Part shown: positions 25,501-38,289 of the stretch, in pieces
How the letters are laid out: every line of letters begins with the position of its first letter
Numbering within the stretch: position 1 is the stretch's first letter
Source of the DNA: Welwitschia mirabilis
Taxonomy: Eukaryota
Assembly (NCBI GenBank): GCA_051453625.1
Contig: JBOZIK010000001.1
Span: forward strand, 10,546,550-10,599,489
Direction of reading: 5' to 3'
DNA: 52,940 bases
Notes under the pieces: model-generated
Databases searched by the model: none
Told to the model about the DNA's origin: nothing
What the model saw: the letters and a program-made list of their open reading frames with translations, nothing else
Translations under genes and position numbers: made by a program

Positions 25501-28500
25501 TCTCCTTTTTTTGGTTTTCTATTTTATCTTTACTTTAGTATTTATAGCTTTACGTTTTTAATCAAAGGATCAAAGATCAACCTAGATAATTTATGCTTTC
25601 AGAGATTTGTTTTTTAAATATTTTATTATTATGATTGATATATAGAGTTTTAAAAATTAGTTAAAAAACTTTTTGGGATAAATAATTTTTAATACCTTAA
25701 TTCTCCCCCTATAACTTTAGAGTATTCATCATTATTAGAACCAACATTATCTATCTATTTTAATCATGAACTTCCAAGATCAAATGGAGGATTGAAGTCC
25801 TACGACTTTTAGCTTTCGTTAATACATTATAATTATACTAATTAATGTAAAATCTTAACTTATTATAAAAGTGATACTAATAATTAATAAGGGTAAATCA
25901 TAATTAAAAAACTCTAGCCTTATATGTATAATATGGGTTATACCCTAATGTGGTAGAAGTTACGAAGTTATCACTCCTCATATTAATAGATTATTCCCAA
26001 GGAATATCTCACTAGCTATGAGGGTTTAAGAAGACATGAATTCTTCTAACTAAAAATATAAAAAATGATTCTATTAAAATTAAGATGTCTTATGGGAATT
26101 AAATTATATAGTATTTAGGAATAGGCATACCACCATTGAATGGTAGACATTACAGACATTTTCACTAAATAGAAATAATACACATGGTTGGTATCATATT
26201 ACAAAGATTTGTTTTGATAAAGTATATTATGGAGTTATTTAATGTATAATTGTAGTTNNNNNNNNNNNNNNNNNNNNNNNNNNNNNNNNNNNNNNNNNNN
26301 NNNNNNNNNNNNNNNNNNNNNNNNNNNNNNNNNNNNNNNNNNNNNNNNNNNNNNNNNNNNNNNNNNNNNNNNNNNNNNNNNNNNNNNNNNNNNNNNNNNN
26401 NNNNNNNNNNNNNNNNNNNNNNNNNNNNNNNNNNNNNNNNNNNNNNNNNNNNNNNNNNNNNNNNNNNNNNNNNNNNNNNNNNNNNNNNNNNNNNNNNNNN
26501 NNNNNNNNNNNNNNNNNNNNNNNNNNNNNNNNNNNNNNNNNNNNNNNNNNNNNNNNNNNNNNNNNNNNNNNNNNNNNNNNNNNNNNNNNNNNNNNNNNNN
26601 NNNNNNNNNNNNNNNNNNNNNNNNNNNNNNNNNNNNNNNNNNNNNNNNNNNNNNNNNNNNNNNNNNNNNNNNNNNNNNNNNNNNNNNNNNNNNNNNNNNN
26701 NNNNNNNNNNNNNNNNNNNNNNNNNNNNNNNNNNNNNNNNNNNNNNNNNNNNNNNNNNNNNNNNNNNNNNNNNNNNNNNNNNNNNNNNNNNNNNNNNNNN
26801 NNNNNNNNNNNNNNNNNNNNNNNNNNNNNNNNNNNNNNNNNNNNNNNNTAATTGTAGTTCATAAGTCAATATAAATTATTTTCCCACAGCTTGGGCCCTC
26901 TCTATAATGCTTCATAGATCCTGCTTTGAGGCATTTATTAATGCATTGTAGTTAACCTAAAAAATAGTGTAGAAATATATTTTAGTAATTTAAACCCTTA
27001 ATATGATTTTATAAGTAATCTACTAGAAGTATCAACATTAAAATATAATTTAAAACACATAAAATCTATGTTTTAATACTTATCAAGTATGAAATACATC
27101 AATAAGAAAAGAAGTAAAACATAGAACCATGCAGACGAACATTAAAAATAAGACAAATAATTAATGATAGAAGTCACCATCATATATTAATCTCCTATTA
27201 AAAATAAATATACCCAGTTGCTAGAACAATACCTTGAAATTACAATATTATTACATCCTTAGATTGATAAATTAAATAACTATCCTCTTAGCTATATAGG
27301 CTTAAGCAATAGTGGAGGCTTTTAAGAATGAATAGAAAATGGAATGATTCAATCACAAGACACAATGTTAATGTAATTAAGATATCTTCTGCATAGTGAG
27401 GGCATTGGCTTATATGTTATAAGATAATATTCTTATTTAAGAGGCATAACATATGTTATTAGAACCATGTTATAAATATAACATACATTTTTGGGCTATT
27501 TAACCTGTAGATCTAGCTCATAAGTTGACCAAAAGTATATATCCAAATCTCACATCTTATTCTAAGATAGCATTATGCTAATACACTAGAACATTGTAAC
27601 ATGGTTCTAATGCTTTCTACTACAATCCACTATAGGATCCTTAGCTTTAGATTTTGAGTAATTACTAATTTATCCAAATTAACCTACAAAATAATATAAA
27701 AACTATGTTTTATCAATTAGGCCCTTAACATAATTTCATAGTAAAATATAATAAATATTCACATTAAATTCATGTCTTAATAAGAAACAAAGGCAGCAGT
27801 CTCTAAACCCTAAACCTCTACAAGAGGAAAAGAAGGTAATAGAAATGGTTTCTAAAAAGCATAAGAATCTAGTGAATAAGCTTTTATAAAAGATGAGAAA
27901 GGATAAAATAAAATCATCAAAAATTTGAATGGAGTTCAAAGGAGAATAAGTCACCTAAAAAGCCTCTATAATGAAGATTCTTTCTCAAACTCCCACATTA
28001 TTTAATTTTTTTTCATGCCTTTATGTACTTATATCTTCTCCTAGTTTCATGTATGGAACTTTCCCTCATTTACCTATGGTTCTCTTGATGTCTATGATTG
28101 TTTTTCATGATTTTTAATATTTTATTTAAAAAATAGTCTTTAATAAATTTTTCATTCTTAATCATGTGTCTTAAAGTCATTTCTTTCTTAACTTCTAACT
28201 CTCACTCCACATAAGAACAATGTTGAACCCTAGCTAGGGTTGTAAAAGCATAAATTCTAACCAAATTTGAACACATTTTTCATCTTAAATTTCTTAATGA
28301 TATGTACAACCAGTTTTAAAAAAATCATTATTTGACTCTAGTTTTAAAGGAAAAACATTACACTTTGAAATTTATTCAATGGAAACCTAAGAATTTGCAA
28401 TAGAAATTGACTTTAAATAGTTTTAAAGAATAACTATTCTAGCAAATTTCTAAATCATTTAATATTAATTATCAAAGTAAAATTGATTTTCATTTGACTT

Positions 28501-30293
28501 TTTAGATTTTAGATTTATTGTCATGCTTATTTATAAACTTGGGTATGGTACTTTCAAAGATATTTGGGATTTAAACTAGGTATTTAAACTTTATGTTTTT
28601 ATTATTTCATAAAGAATTAACAAAGTGTTGGTTAATGGTGTAATAAAGTTAAAATTTTTATTATTTTGATCTTTTACAAATTTAAAAATTTTTAAGAACT
28701 AGTATGATGTAGACGTTTGATGTGCTAAGAAAACTATATTGTCTTGAATTTAGTAAAATATTTGATCTCTTATTTAACTAATGATATTACTCAAAGGATT
28801 AGCTTTGGTATCATTTTGTATTTTGATGGACTACACTTTTAATATTTTATAATTTAGGTTCTAAGTCAGCATTTTGAATTGATGAACTAGACAAAAAGCC
28901 AAAACGTAAAGAATTAATGACATGGATTAGCTTGATTATCTTCTTTGCTAAGGAATCTTAAATTATGACTAGGTACATTGTACTAGAAGTAAAACATGAA
29001 TTAAAACCCAAATAATTATAATACTCTAAAAATAAAAGCCCTATAAGGACTAACAGACATTATCTTAAATCTTTTATGCTTCATGTGTAATCCATTATCA
29101 TAAGTTATCTAAGACCTTTTTCCTATTATTAAGTCTAAACCCTCATTAAACATTAATTTGTTAATGGCTTTCATGGCTCTGATGAGGACTTATTTTCTAA
29201 ACCCATTTTCTTTGTGCCTAATTATGATAGATGATTATTTCATAAGGTGACTTCCTTATAAAGCCTAAGGATAATTAATACTTTCATGACATTTGTTACA
29301 TGCTTAAACTATTTGTTAATGAAATTAGATTAGTAATTTATTGTCTTTCGTTTACTTCCATCTTTGATGCATTTATGATTACTTTCATTATAGTATATTT
29401 GAATGTTTTTTTAATACTTTAACTAGGTAACCATTACTTTAATCCTTTACTAAAATTTAGAGGTCAATATAATTGATGTGTTAAGATCTGTTACATCTAG
29501 CATTTTTATCATTTTCTACATCACATTATAAGATGATACATCTTTCAAAGTTGGTAATGCTATGATGTATGTCTATGTGTATGTTTATGAACATGCACAC
29601 TCTAATATATAATTTTTTATTTGGTAATAATAAATTAAAAATTAAAAACTAATAAATAAATATGTATTTCTATTTGTAACATTTGAATAGATATTTATAA
29701 GTGTGGGAACAAAGGTAATTATAATATCATGATATGTGTAAAGATTGAAAATTTTTACTATATAACAGAATACTTTAATAGAGTTATTCTAGAGGTAATA
29801 AGTAGAGTCTCTTATATATAATGAGGGAAAAATGCAAGAGTTAAGTTTAGAAGAGTTAGAAATTAATTTAAATAAGGGCAAGGGATGAGATAAAATTTAT
29901 TCTTTAGGAGTTGAAGTTGAGAGAAAAATAATGAAATATCTTATAGTTGGGATTTTGAGACAAGCTCTTTATTAAGAAAATTAAGGAAAAGGTTTCATTT
30001 GTAAGACCTTGGCTTACTTTATTTTATCATAAATGATGCTAAGCATCATTTAATTTTGTATTAGTTGAAAATCTAAAATAAGATTTTTTAAAAATAATTT
30101 TTATAATTTATCTTTCTAAATTTTCACTTTACTTCTCTTCCCTCTTATGTAAAATACTAAGTGCTCTAGATTCTAATAACTCTACATTATATTATTTTAA
30201 TATTACAAGTTCATTTAATGTAGTTTAATGATATTTAAGATTTATAAGAACTAACCCATTTTTAGCATATAATATACTCATCCATTAATGGTT

Positions 30294-30309
30294 AATTATA
30301 TTATGTTGA
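30294..30309 (+). repeat. LINE target-site duplication, left copy
   Basis: aattatattatgttga is identical to 36522-36537. Confidence 0.9.
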
Positions 30310-30323
30310 TTTCCAATCGACGG

Positions 30324-31610
30324 ATGGCATATCTGAAGCACAAGACGAAACTAGGGCTTGGAAAACTTCGGATTAACAAGGGTGGTTTCAGTTCCAAGAA
30401 GCTATGGCATGCAAGGGAGGATTTCGGACAGACTCTCTTTAGGTAAGTTATAGAATCTCATTGATACCTCTACATTGATTTGATTTAAGGTTTAAAAAGG
30501 GGGTTGTCCCCCAAAACAAAGAAGACTCAGTTCTTCAGGGAAGGAAAAACCCTAGTTTTAAATATTAACGAAGGTGCTTACTTGGAGATAGAGAAGAAAC
30601 TCTAATACAGTTTAATTGATAAGTTTGTTTCATCCACTCCAAGACCCAGGCTTGATCTTATTAGAGAATGGGTAGCAACAAAATGGATGGGAATTAGTAA
30701 ATTTTAAGTTATTACTATATTAGAAAGATTAGTGCTTTTTTAGTTGGATAATGAATGAGATTAAGATAAGATCGTTACGAGAGGACCTGGGTTCTTTGGA
30801 GTGAGGGGACTTACTCTAGCCAAATGGACTGGGGGTTGCAATTGGATCCAAACCTATTTAGGAAATTGCCAATATGGATCCGAATCCATAAGTTCCCCCT
30901 AGAGTTTTGGGATGAATACCTCCTGAGGAAAATCACATCCCAGTTTGGTGAACTGATTAATCTTGATAGAATTATTATTAAATAGACGAGACTAGTCCTT
31001 ACTAGATTTTGCATTTGGATGAGATTAGAAGACACAAAGAAGATATAATTTGTAAAGTTCAGATCCAAATAGAGCATATGTAACCTTAAAGTTACCTATG
31101 AGAACCTCCCAGCTCCATTTAATATTTGTGAAAAATTAGAATACATCTTAAGAGGATGCATTTCTACAGAAAAGAGATGATCTCATTATGGGAGAATATG
31201 TCATGTAGGGGAAGAATTTCGAAAATGGTTGTTAACATTAAAGAAAAATAAAAGGAAACTTGTTCTTGTTGTGGAAAAACCAAATACAATCAGAGCATCT
31301 ATCGGCATAAACATAGAAAGAAAAAAATGATGAAAGTACTATGGTTTTCCCTAAGGAAAACAAGGAGAAGAAGGAATAAGAGAGGAAGTACAACCCCTTC
31401 TTAGCTCTTATTTAAGAAAAAGATGCTTAACAACCTCAAATCCATTAAATATATATGAGTCGAATGATGTGGAAGTTCAAATGAGAGGAAGACCAACAAT
31501 AGAACCCTTCGAGACAGAAAAGCTACAGAGAATGTGGCCAATATCTCCCAAGCTACCATTGAAGATACTTTGAAAACAAGGTCAAGCACCTAGAAAGGGG
31601 TGAAAACATA
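30324..31610 (+). pseudogene. LINE ORF1 (DUF4283-like region + zinc-knuckle remnant), degenerate
   Basis: LIDKFV...IREWVATKWMGI...RGPGFFG...LAKWT...LPIWIRIHKFPLEFWDEYLLRKITSQFGELI...RFCI...VTYENLP..F.IC matches the plant L1 ORF1 pattern, with many stops. Confidence 0.8.
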
Positions 31611-31614
31611 TTGA

Positions 31615-34600
31615 ATGAATTTTCTATCATGAATTGCAGGGGATTAGGATCCTCTTACAAGAAAAAGGCCCTAAGAAATCTTATTAATCAATTTAATATC
31701 AAACTAGTTTATTTACAGAAAATAAAAATAAGGGATGAAATGAAAATAAAGAATCTAGAGCAGCAGTGGAACTTTTTTATCTCTGCAGCCCAAGGAAACT
31801 TAAGAGGTCTCATGATTTTCATGGAAAAGGAGGCAGATTTAATTAATAGAAGCAAGAACCACCTAACTATCTTTCTTAAGGAAGAAGGCTGGACTATAAA
31901 AAACATCTATAGTCCTTAAGATAATCAAGATAAATCTTCTACATTAGGGGAATTACAGTGGACTGTGAGAGATAAATCCAAGTAGCTCATAGTAGGGGAC
32001 TTTAATTAAATGTCTTCATCATTGGGAGAAATTAGGGGATGAATACTAAAATCATAGAGGAACTTCAATTCTTAAAGATTTCATGGCACAGAATGCCCTT
32101 GCAGATGTTCCTCTTGCTGGGTATAAATACACTTGGTCTAATAGAAGGATAAGCAACAATCTGATAATGTCTAGAATTCATAGGATTCTCATTAGAAAGG
32201 ACTTAGTAAAGCTTCAAATTGAATCCTATGGTCTAAATAGAATATCTTTAGATCACCATCATATCAGATTCAGAATTGGGGCCATAGCATCCCAGAGGAT
32301 TCTATTTCAAATGAAACATTACTAGATTGTTAGGATAGAAACTAGAACTCTAATGGAAAAAATTTAGAACCAATATGATGGTACTCATCCATTAACCTTC
32401 CTCTATAAAGGCCTCAACAGCTTAAAAGCCCATATAATGGACTAAAGAAGGAAAAACAAAGAAATATTTAAATTTAAAAAGGACCTTAAGAAGAAATCTA
32501 GAGTATTCAAGCTGAGCAAGAAGAGGTAAGAGATTAAGATAGCCTTTATAATAGGGAATATCAGTGCCTCATAGAACTCTAAGAGATAAATGCTGATGAG
32601 GAAAACCACTGGAGAGAACAATCAAGGATTAAGTGGTTTAAGAAGGGAAACAAACACACTAGGTTTTTCTTCTAGCAAACCAATCAACACAAAGTAGATA
32701 ACAGGATCAGGAGGCTTATCATCAAAGACCAAATAATTAAAAGTGAACAAGAAATAGCTAATGAAATGTAGGCTTACCTCAACAGAATTTGGGAATGGGA
32801 CGATATCGTCTTGGTCTTATTCCAAAAAATAAGAGAATTTCCAAAGAGGACAATACCCAACTTACTAAGCCCCTGAGTAGAGATAAAGTCCTATTAGTTG
32901 TGAGGTCAATGAAGAATAATAGAGCTCCAGTTTCAAATGGGTGACTAGTTGAAATATTCAAATCTCACTTCTCTACCTTGGGGAATAACCTTCAAGATGT
33001 TATGTAGGATATTCTTTATAACAAATGCATTTCTGAGGAAATTAATAGAGCTAGGTTCATTATTATCCTTAAAAAACGGGATGCCAATAGACTAAAAGAC
33101 TTTAAACCTTTAGGTATTTGCAACATTCTTTATAGAATCTTTGTAAAAATCATGGTTGGTTGTATCACCCCCTTTCTATCCAAGGTAATCTCTAAGAATC
33201 AAGCCAGTTTCATCTGACCGAGGTATATCTAGGACCAAATCCTCTTTATTTATGAAATTATACATTTTGTTAAAAACCATAAATTTCCTCTTCTTATTGC
33301 TAAATTAAACATAGCAAAATCTTATGACTCTATTAGCTGGCAAGCTTTAGGTTGTATTCTCAAAAACATTAGTTTTCACTAAGACATCATCAATCTCTGG
33401 CTACATATGTAGGCTTTAGCTGAATTTAGTGTGGAGGATAACAACTACAAATCTAAATTTTTTCCAGTCGATTGAGGATTAAGACAGTGGAATCACCTAT
33501 TCCCATATCTTTTTCTATTTGTCGTGAATGTCGTACAGGGTTTTTAAAAAGTAATGGAGTTTTAGGTATCAAGATAAAAGGTCAAAGTTTCATTAATAAC
33601 CATTATTTAGATGATACTATCATCATAACCAAGGCCTCATGTCAGCAAGCAAGAGCTATTAAGAATTTCATGAACATTTTTGTCGAAGCAACAGGTCTCC
33701 ACACTAACTAGAGAAAATCTAGAATTCATACCTTGGGTAGAACTAGTATTAAAGAGGATGAAATCGCTAGAATTTTGAATACCAAATTGGGAGACCTTTA
33801 AGACATCTACTTGGGAACCTCCCTACAGAATTGGCATAAGACCCTTATTTGAAACTACATTCTTGAATTTATTTAGAAATTATGCAAATCCTGGTAGAAT
33901 AACTTTCTTTCCTCCAAATCAAAGATTATCCTTGTAAACTCATACCTAATCTCTTCTTCTAGATATATAGCTTCGTTATCACCCTCTCAAATAACATCAT
34001 TCAAAAAATCAACATAATTCTGAAGAAATTTATTTGGTTAGGAGGCAAAGATCAAAACCACATTTACCTTTGCAAATGGGAGATAATAGCTCGACCAAAG
34101 AAGTCTGTAGGCTAGGGTATCTAGAGACCAAAGGCCTGTCTTCTTACAAGAGTCCACTAAATCTTAAAAAGACTATCCAAGGAAGGACAATCATGGAGTA
34201 ACTTTATCAATTACATATACCCAAATTGGAGCACTAATCAGGAAGAATTCTACCTGAGAAGAAATCTTAGTAAAGCTAGAAGACATCTGATAAACCTGAA
34301 CATTTGCCATGAAGATACAGCCAAATAGATTCTCTAAAAAGATATGGAAAAAATGATGCTCATAAGAAATTTTGGAAGGTCCAAATTCCAGGTAAAATCA
34401 AAGTGTTTTGCTGGTTCAAGTATCATAATAAAATCCTCACAAGAGACCAACTATGTAAGAGGGGCTTCTAAGTTGAAAGTGCTTGTCCAATCTATGAATC
34501 TTGTCCTAAAAACACTAATCATGTTTTTCATTAATGCAATTGGAGTAATGAGTTAATAACAATTATGAAGAAGTATTATAAGCTCTATGACGCATCAAAC

Positions 34601-34700
34601 ACATGCATAGATGATGGGATATACTTGACTTATTGGTACATTTGGCGTATAAGAAATGATTTTATTTTCAATAGTACCTCTCTACCACTTTCAATAAATA
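31615..34700 (+). pseudogene. LINE ORF2: apurinic endonuclease + reverse transcriptase + zf-RVT-like region, with stops and frameshifts
   Basis: Endonuclease: MNCRGLG, VYLQKIK, IVGDFN, YTWSN, SRIHRILI, SLDHH. RT: W.EQSRIKW.KKGNKHT.FF, FKPLGICN, KLNIAKSYDSISW, YLDDTII, YLG. This is followed by W.SKIP.KIK.F.W and a C..C/H..F.C-type remnant. Confidence 0.88.
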
Positions 34701-35870
34701 CCACTAAGAGAATCAAGTGATATCATTCAAAAATCAAAATAGCTATGGAAGCAACTCTAATTGTTAAACCATCTAATCCTGACCTGTTTGAAGGATGCCC
34801 AGAGTTATGGGATAAGTGTAAGCTGTGGGATATGTAACCCTCTTGCACAAACTCAAGGAAGAATTAGGGGCTGATATCGTCCCATTCTATAGATGATAAA
34901 AAGGGCAACGTACCTCATTTAGGATAATATCCATCAGAATCACTAAATACTCTCTTTTCAAACTTCTAGAAATTCTAGTAGCTAATGAAAGGATTCCTTT
35001 TGAAAGANNNNNNNNNNNNNNNNNNNNNNNNNNNNNNNNNNNNNNNNNNNNNNNNNNNNNNNNNNNNNNNNNNNNNNNNNNNNNNNNNNNNNNNNNNNNN
35101 NNNNNNNGTAGCTAATGAAAGGATTCCTTTTGAAAGAAGAGGGCAACGTGAGGTACTCCATTTCTTTCCTAGTGGTGTTCCTAAGCTTTCTAGTGAATAC
35201 ATTAATCAGAAGGCGCTTCTGCCCTTATGGGGCTCGGGTGCTGAATTAATCAACCGATACTTCATTCAATCCAGCTGCTGCTTAAAACTTTTAGGCTTAC
35301 ACTTCGCATTTCTTAAAGCCCTGGATCTAGGGCACCAGGTTAACCTACCCNNNNNNNNNNCCTTCATCAAAAAGACACTGCAAGACACTCAGGAATAATC
35401 ATGGTACTTTAGAAGGTAGCTAATGAGATTAGGATGAGGGAGGCCCCTCTCCTCCCTGTCCCTGGAGACGTCCCTAGGATACTCCTGCTAAGAGAAAATC
35501 TAAGAGAAAAGCAACCATAAATGAAGCCTCTCACTCTGAGGGGAATATTGAATAAGAAACCCCTAGCTCTTAGAAAAGGACAACTCCACCCCTAAAACCT
35601 TAGATAGAGAAGATGAATTTGCCCCCAATTCAGGAAGAGACAGCTCCATAGTAGTTTTCAACTAAACCCCAAGAGTAGAGGGAGCAACCCCATGGTCAGG
35701 CACAAGAGGACATCAAGCCTAAAAGGAGCCCTAGTCCCATCCAAGAGTTAACTACAGATTCTACTTCAGAAGAGAGATAACATAATTCATAGAAAGATAT
35801 AGACATGGACACTACGAAAAGGGAGGTTATGGTTGCAATAATTCATGGGTTGAAGAGATGTCAATTTGTA

Positions 35871-36080
35871 ACCCTGGGAATCTCTTATAAAACCTTACCA
35901 CAAGTAATCAAGTCAAGTTACATGAAGAAAGTGTTTAGACTACACCTAGACAAGAATCAAGTAGGATCTGAAGAATTCAAGGAGATTAATCAGGACTTTG
36001 AGGTGCTGTCTGACAAAACGGAATGTGTTTTACTAGAGCACAAGCATGACAATCTCTTCCCCTTCTGTAGGGAATACTAA
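35871..36080 (+). pseudogene. DnaJ/Hsp40 J-domain coding segment inside the LINE 3' region
   Basis: ORF 35805..36080 reads TLGISYKTLPQVIKSSYMKKVFRLHLDKNQVGSEEFKEINQDFEVLSD, matching the J-domain consensus LGV......EIKKAYRK.A...HPDKN....EE.FKEI..AYEVLSD. HLD (CTA at 35946-35948) is one C>T change from HPD (CCA). Confidence 0.8.
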
Positions 36081-36521
36081 TCCCTTATCCTTCAGTTTTT
36101 TTTTTCTTTTTTTTGGCTAGTTTAATTCTAATTTTTATCAGTTAATTATCTAAGGGCGTTTTCACCTCAAACTTTACCCAGTTTACAATTCATCTCTGCG
36201 TTTGCTGTAAAATGTTCTTCTTCTTATTAATCAGTTTCCTTCTCCACGTTAAATTAGGGTGATCTCATCCTCCTTGTATAAATTCTCCTTCCCTTTCATG
36301 CCTCGTGCCTTGTTTAGTCCTAGCTCATGCTTGTCCTTCTATCCAGGGGTACCATCGCCTTTAATTTTGTTCTATTTTCAGTCTGTCCTTGAGTATCCTG
36401 TAGAATATTCTCCTTTTTGTCAAACAGTTTAATTCCCCCTATCAAGCTACGGCGTTTTGTGTCCCCCCCGCCTCAAATGTAAATTTTCTAGTTTAATATA
36501 TTTCTGTTTCTATTTCAAAAA

Positions 36522-36537
36522 AATTATATTATGTTGA
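36522..36537 (+). repeat. LINE target-site duplication, right copy
   Basis: It is identical to 30294-30309 and directly follows the A tail. Confidence 0.9.
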
Positions 36538-38289
36538 GAAAATGATTAGTTATTCTTGTAATTTTCTTAATTTACACTTGTTTAGAATTATCCTATAGTA
36601 ATGATTACTAATCCATTGTTTTTCTTCTTTTTAAAAGCATTGTACTCTATATGAAATCATTATTTTATTTAGTTTATATGAATAAGAGATTAACATTTTA
36701 AATCTTTTGCAATCTTCCTAGAACAACAACATTGTAATTATTTAATATTACAAGTGGCAATCCTAGTTTATATTTAAACTTCCATCTTTTAACTTGATAG
36801 CTAAGAAATATCTCCTCTTTTCTAATGAGTACATTATAAATCACATCAAGGTAAATCTTAATGTCTTTCTTGAATGTCATTTTTCAAGTTATTTCAAGTT
36901 GTTACAAAAAATTTTTGAGATTTTTCCCCTTAAGCTTAAAAATGTTTAAATAATAGTTTGCAATTCTATATTACTTGATTATCAAAAGCTAGTAAAATCT
37001 AAAGTACAAATGTTAATGAATATGAAATATATGAATAGATAAATTCAACTACATTAACATTAAGAGCTCTCTCTCTATATGTGTGTGTGTGTGTGGAAGA
37101 GAGAGAAAAAGAAGCATTTCCATTTAAAAATCTATATTGAATATAATGTTCATGATATAAATGTTTTTAGATATTGGTAAGTACTAGATTTCATTCTATT
37201 ATATATCTAATATACATATATTGAAGTTTTAATGTTTAAACATAGTTACAAGATTTTAATATATTGTAAATCATTATAAAACATATTGTAATTCTAATGC
37301 TTTATCAAAATCATAAGAACTCATTTGCTGAATTATTGTAAAGTTGATAACTTATTAAAATAATTACTCTATTCTGTAAAATAATAAAAACATATATACT
37401 TCTAAAAACATTTTGATAGAATTGAGTTCCTTCCTAAGTGTTACAAGTTATCGAGATACAAGTAGAAGTCGAGAGATCTTGAATTTGATCTATATCAGAC
37501 ATAAATTCTATAGCTTAAAGCTAGTAATACTAGAGTTTAATACTAGCTTGAGAGTAATTCTAGGAATAAACTATCTAATGACTATTAAAAAACATTGCTT
37601 GTTTCATGTAAAGGTTTTTAAATCTATCACCTACTTTTGGTATAATTTAAATTAATTAAGCTAAAATACTAAAATAGCTACGTTATAATTTTAAATGGTT
37701 AACACTTGATTCATTTTCCCTCCGGAGAAGTAATTCAACTTATTTGGAACCAATAATTTTAATATCTTTCTAAAAAGTTAACTGAAAAATCAATAGTCAA
37801 GAACCCGACCAATTAAACCTTATTTTGCTATAGCGTTAGTTGCTTAATTTTAAAGACCTTTAAGAAATCTTTTCAAAGAGTTCAATTTTAGAGATTAATG
37901 GACGTAGAGTGAAAGACACATACTTAAACAGCTTAGAGTTTATCGATTTATTGAATTGATAATTTCACTAAGATTTATAATTAGCCTCTTCTATATAAAC
38001 AGTTATACAATGTTCTTGGCATATCAATTTATTGAATGTGTGCACTTTTTCCATACACATTTTATTAAGTTCAATTATTTTCAATCACAACAAAGACCAG
38101 TATCTCTATCCAAAGTCACATTCAATTGGTGAAATTTAGACCACAAAGTCCCCTAAAAATTATAAAAGGATGGACCATTGTACATTCAAATACATTAAAA
38201 TTGAAGTCAAAATGCTAGAATACAATGTTATGCTGCAATTAATGAAACATAGATGGCTAAAAGAGAGCTTTTGAGGCAACCCAGGGAAT

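Larger units (their letters stand above)
30310..36521 (+). mobile_element. Full-length L1-clade LINE retrotransposon (~6.2 kb), degenerate
   Basis: It has ORF1 and ORF2 motifs, a T-rich 3' UTR and a short A tail (36517-36521). A perfect 16-bp TSD aattatattatgttga lies at 30294-30309 and 36522-36537. Confidence 0.92.

Noticed and set aside
26165-26874. Long ORFs of 207-234 aa
   Set aside because: They consist almost entirely of X from the N gap at 26258-26848.
34978-35137. 30-bp direct repeat gtagctaatgaaaggattccttttgaaaga flanking a 100-N gap (similar at 1172-1315 and 26247-26859)
   Set aside because: These are most likely overlapping contig ends left unmerged by the scaffolder, not real duplications.
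35805-36080. Interpreting the J-domain ORF as an independent host DnaJ gene
   Set aside because: It lies inside the LINE's TSD-bounded span, has a mutated HPD and upstream in-frame stops, and has no visible gene structure of its own.
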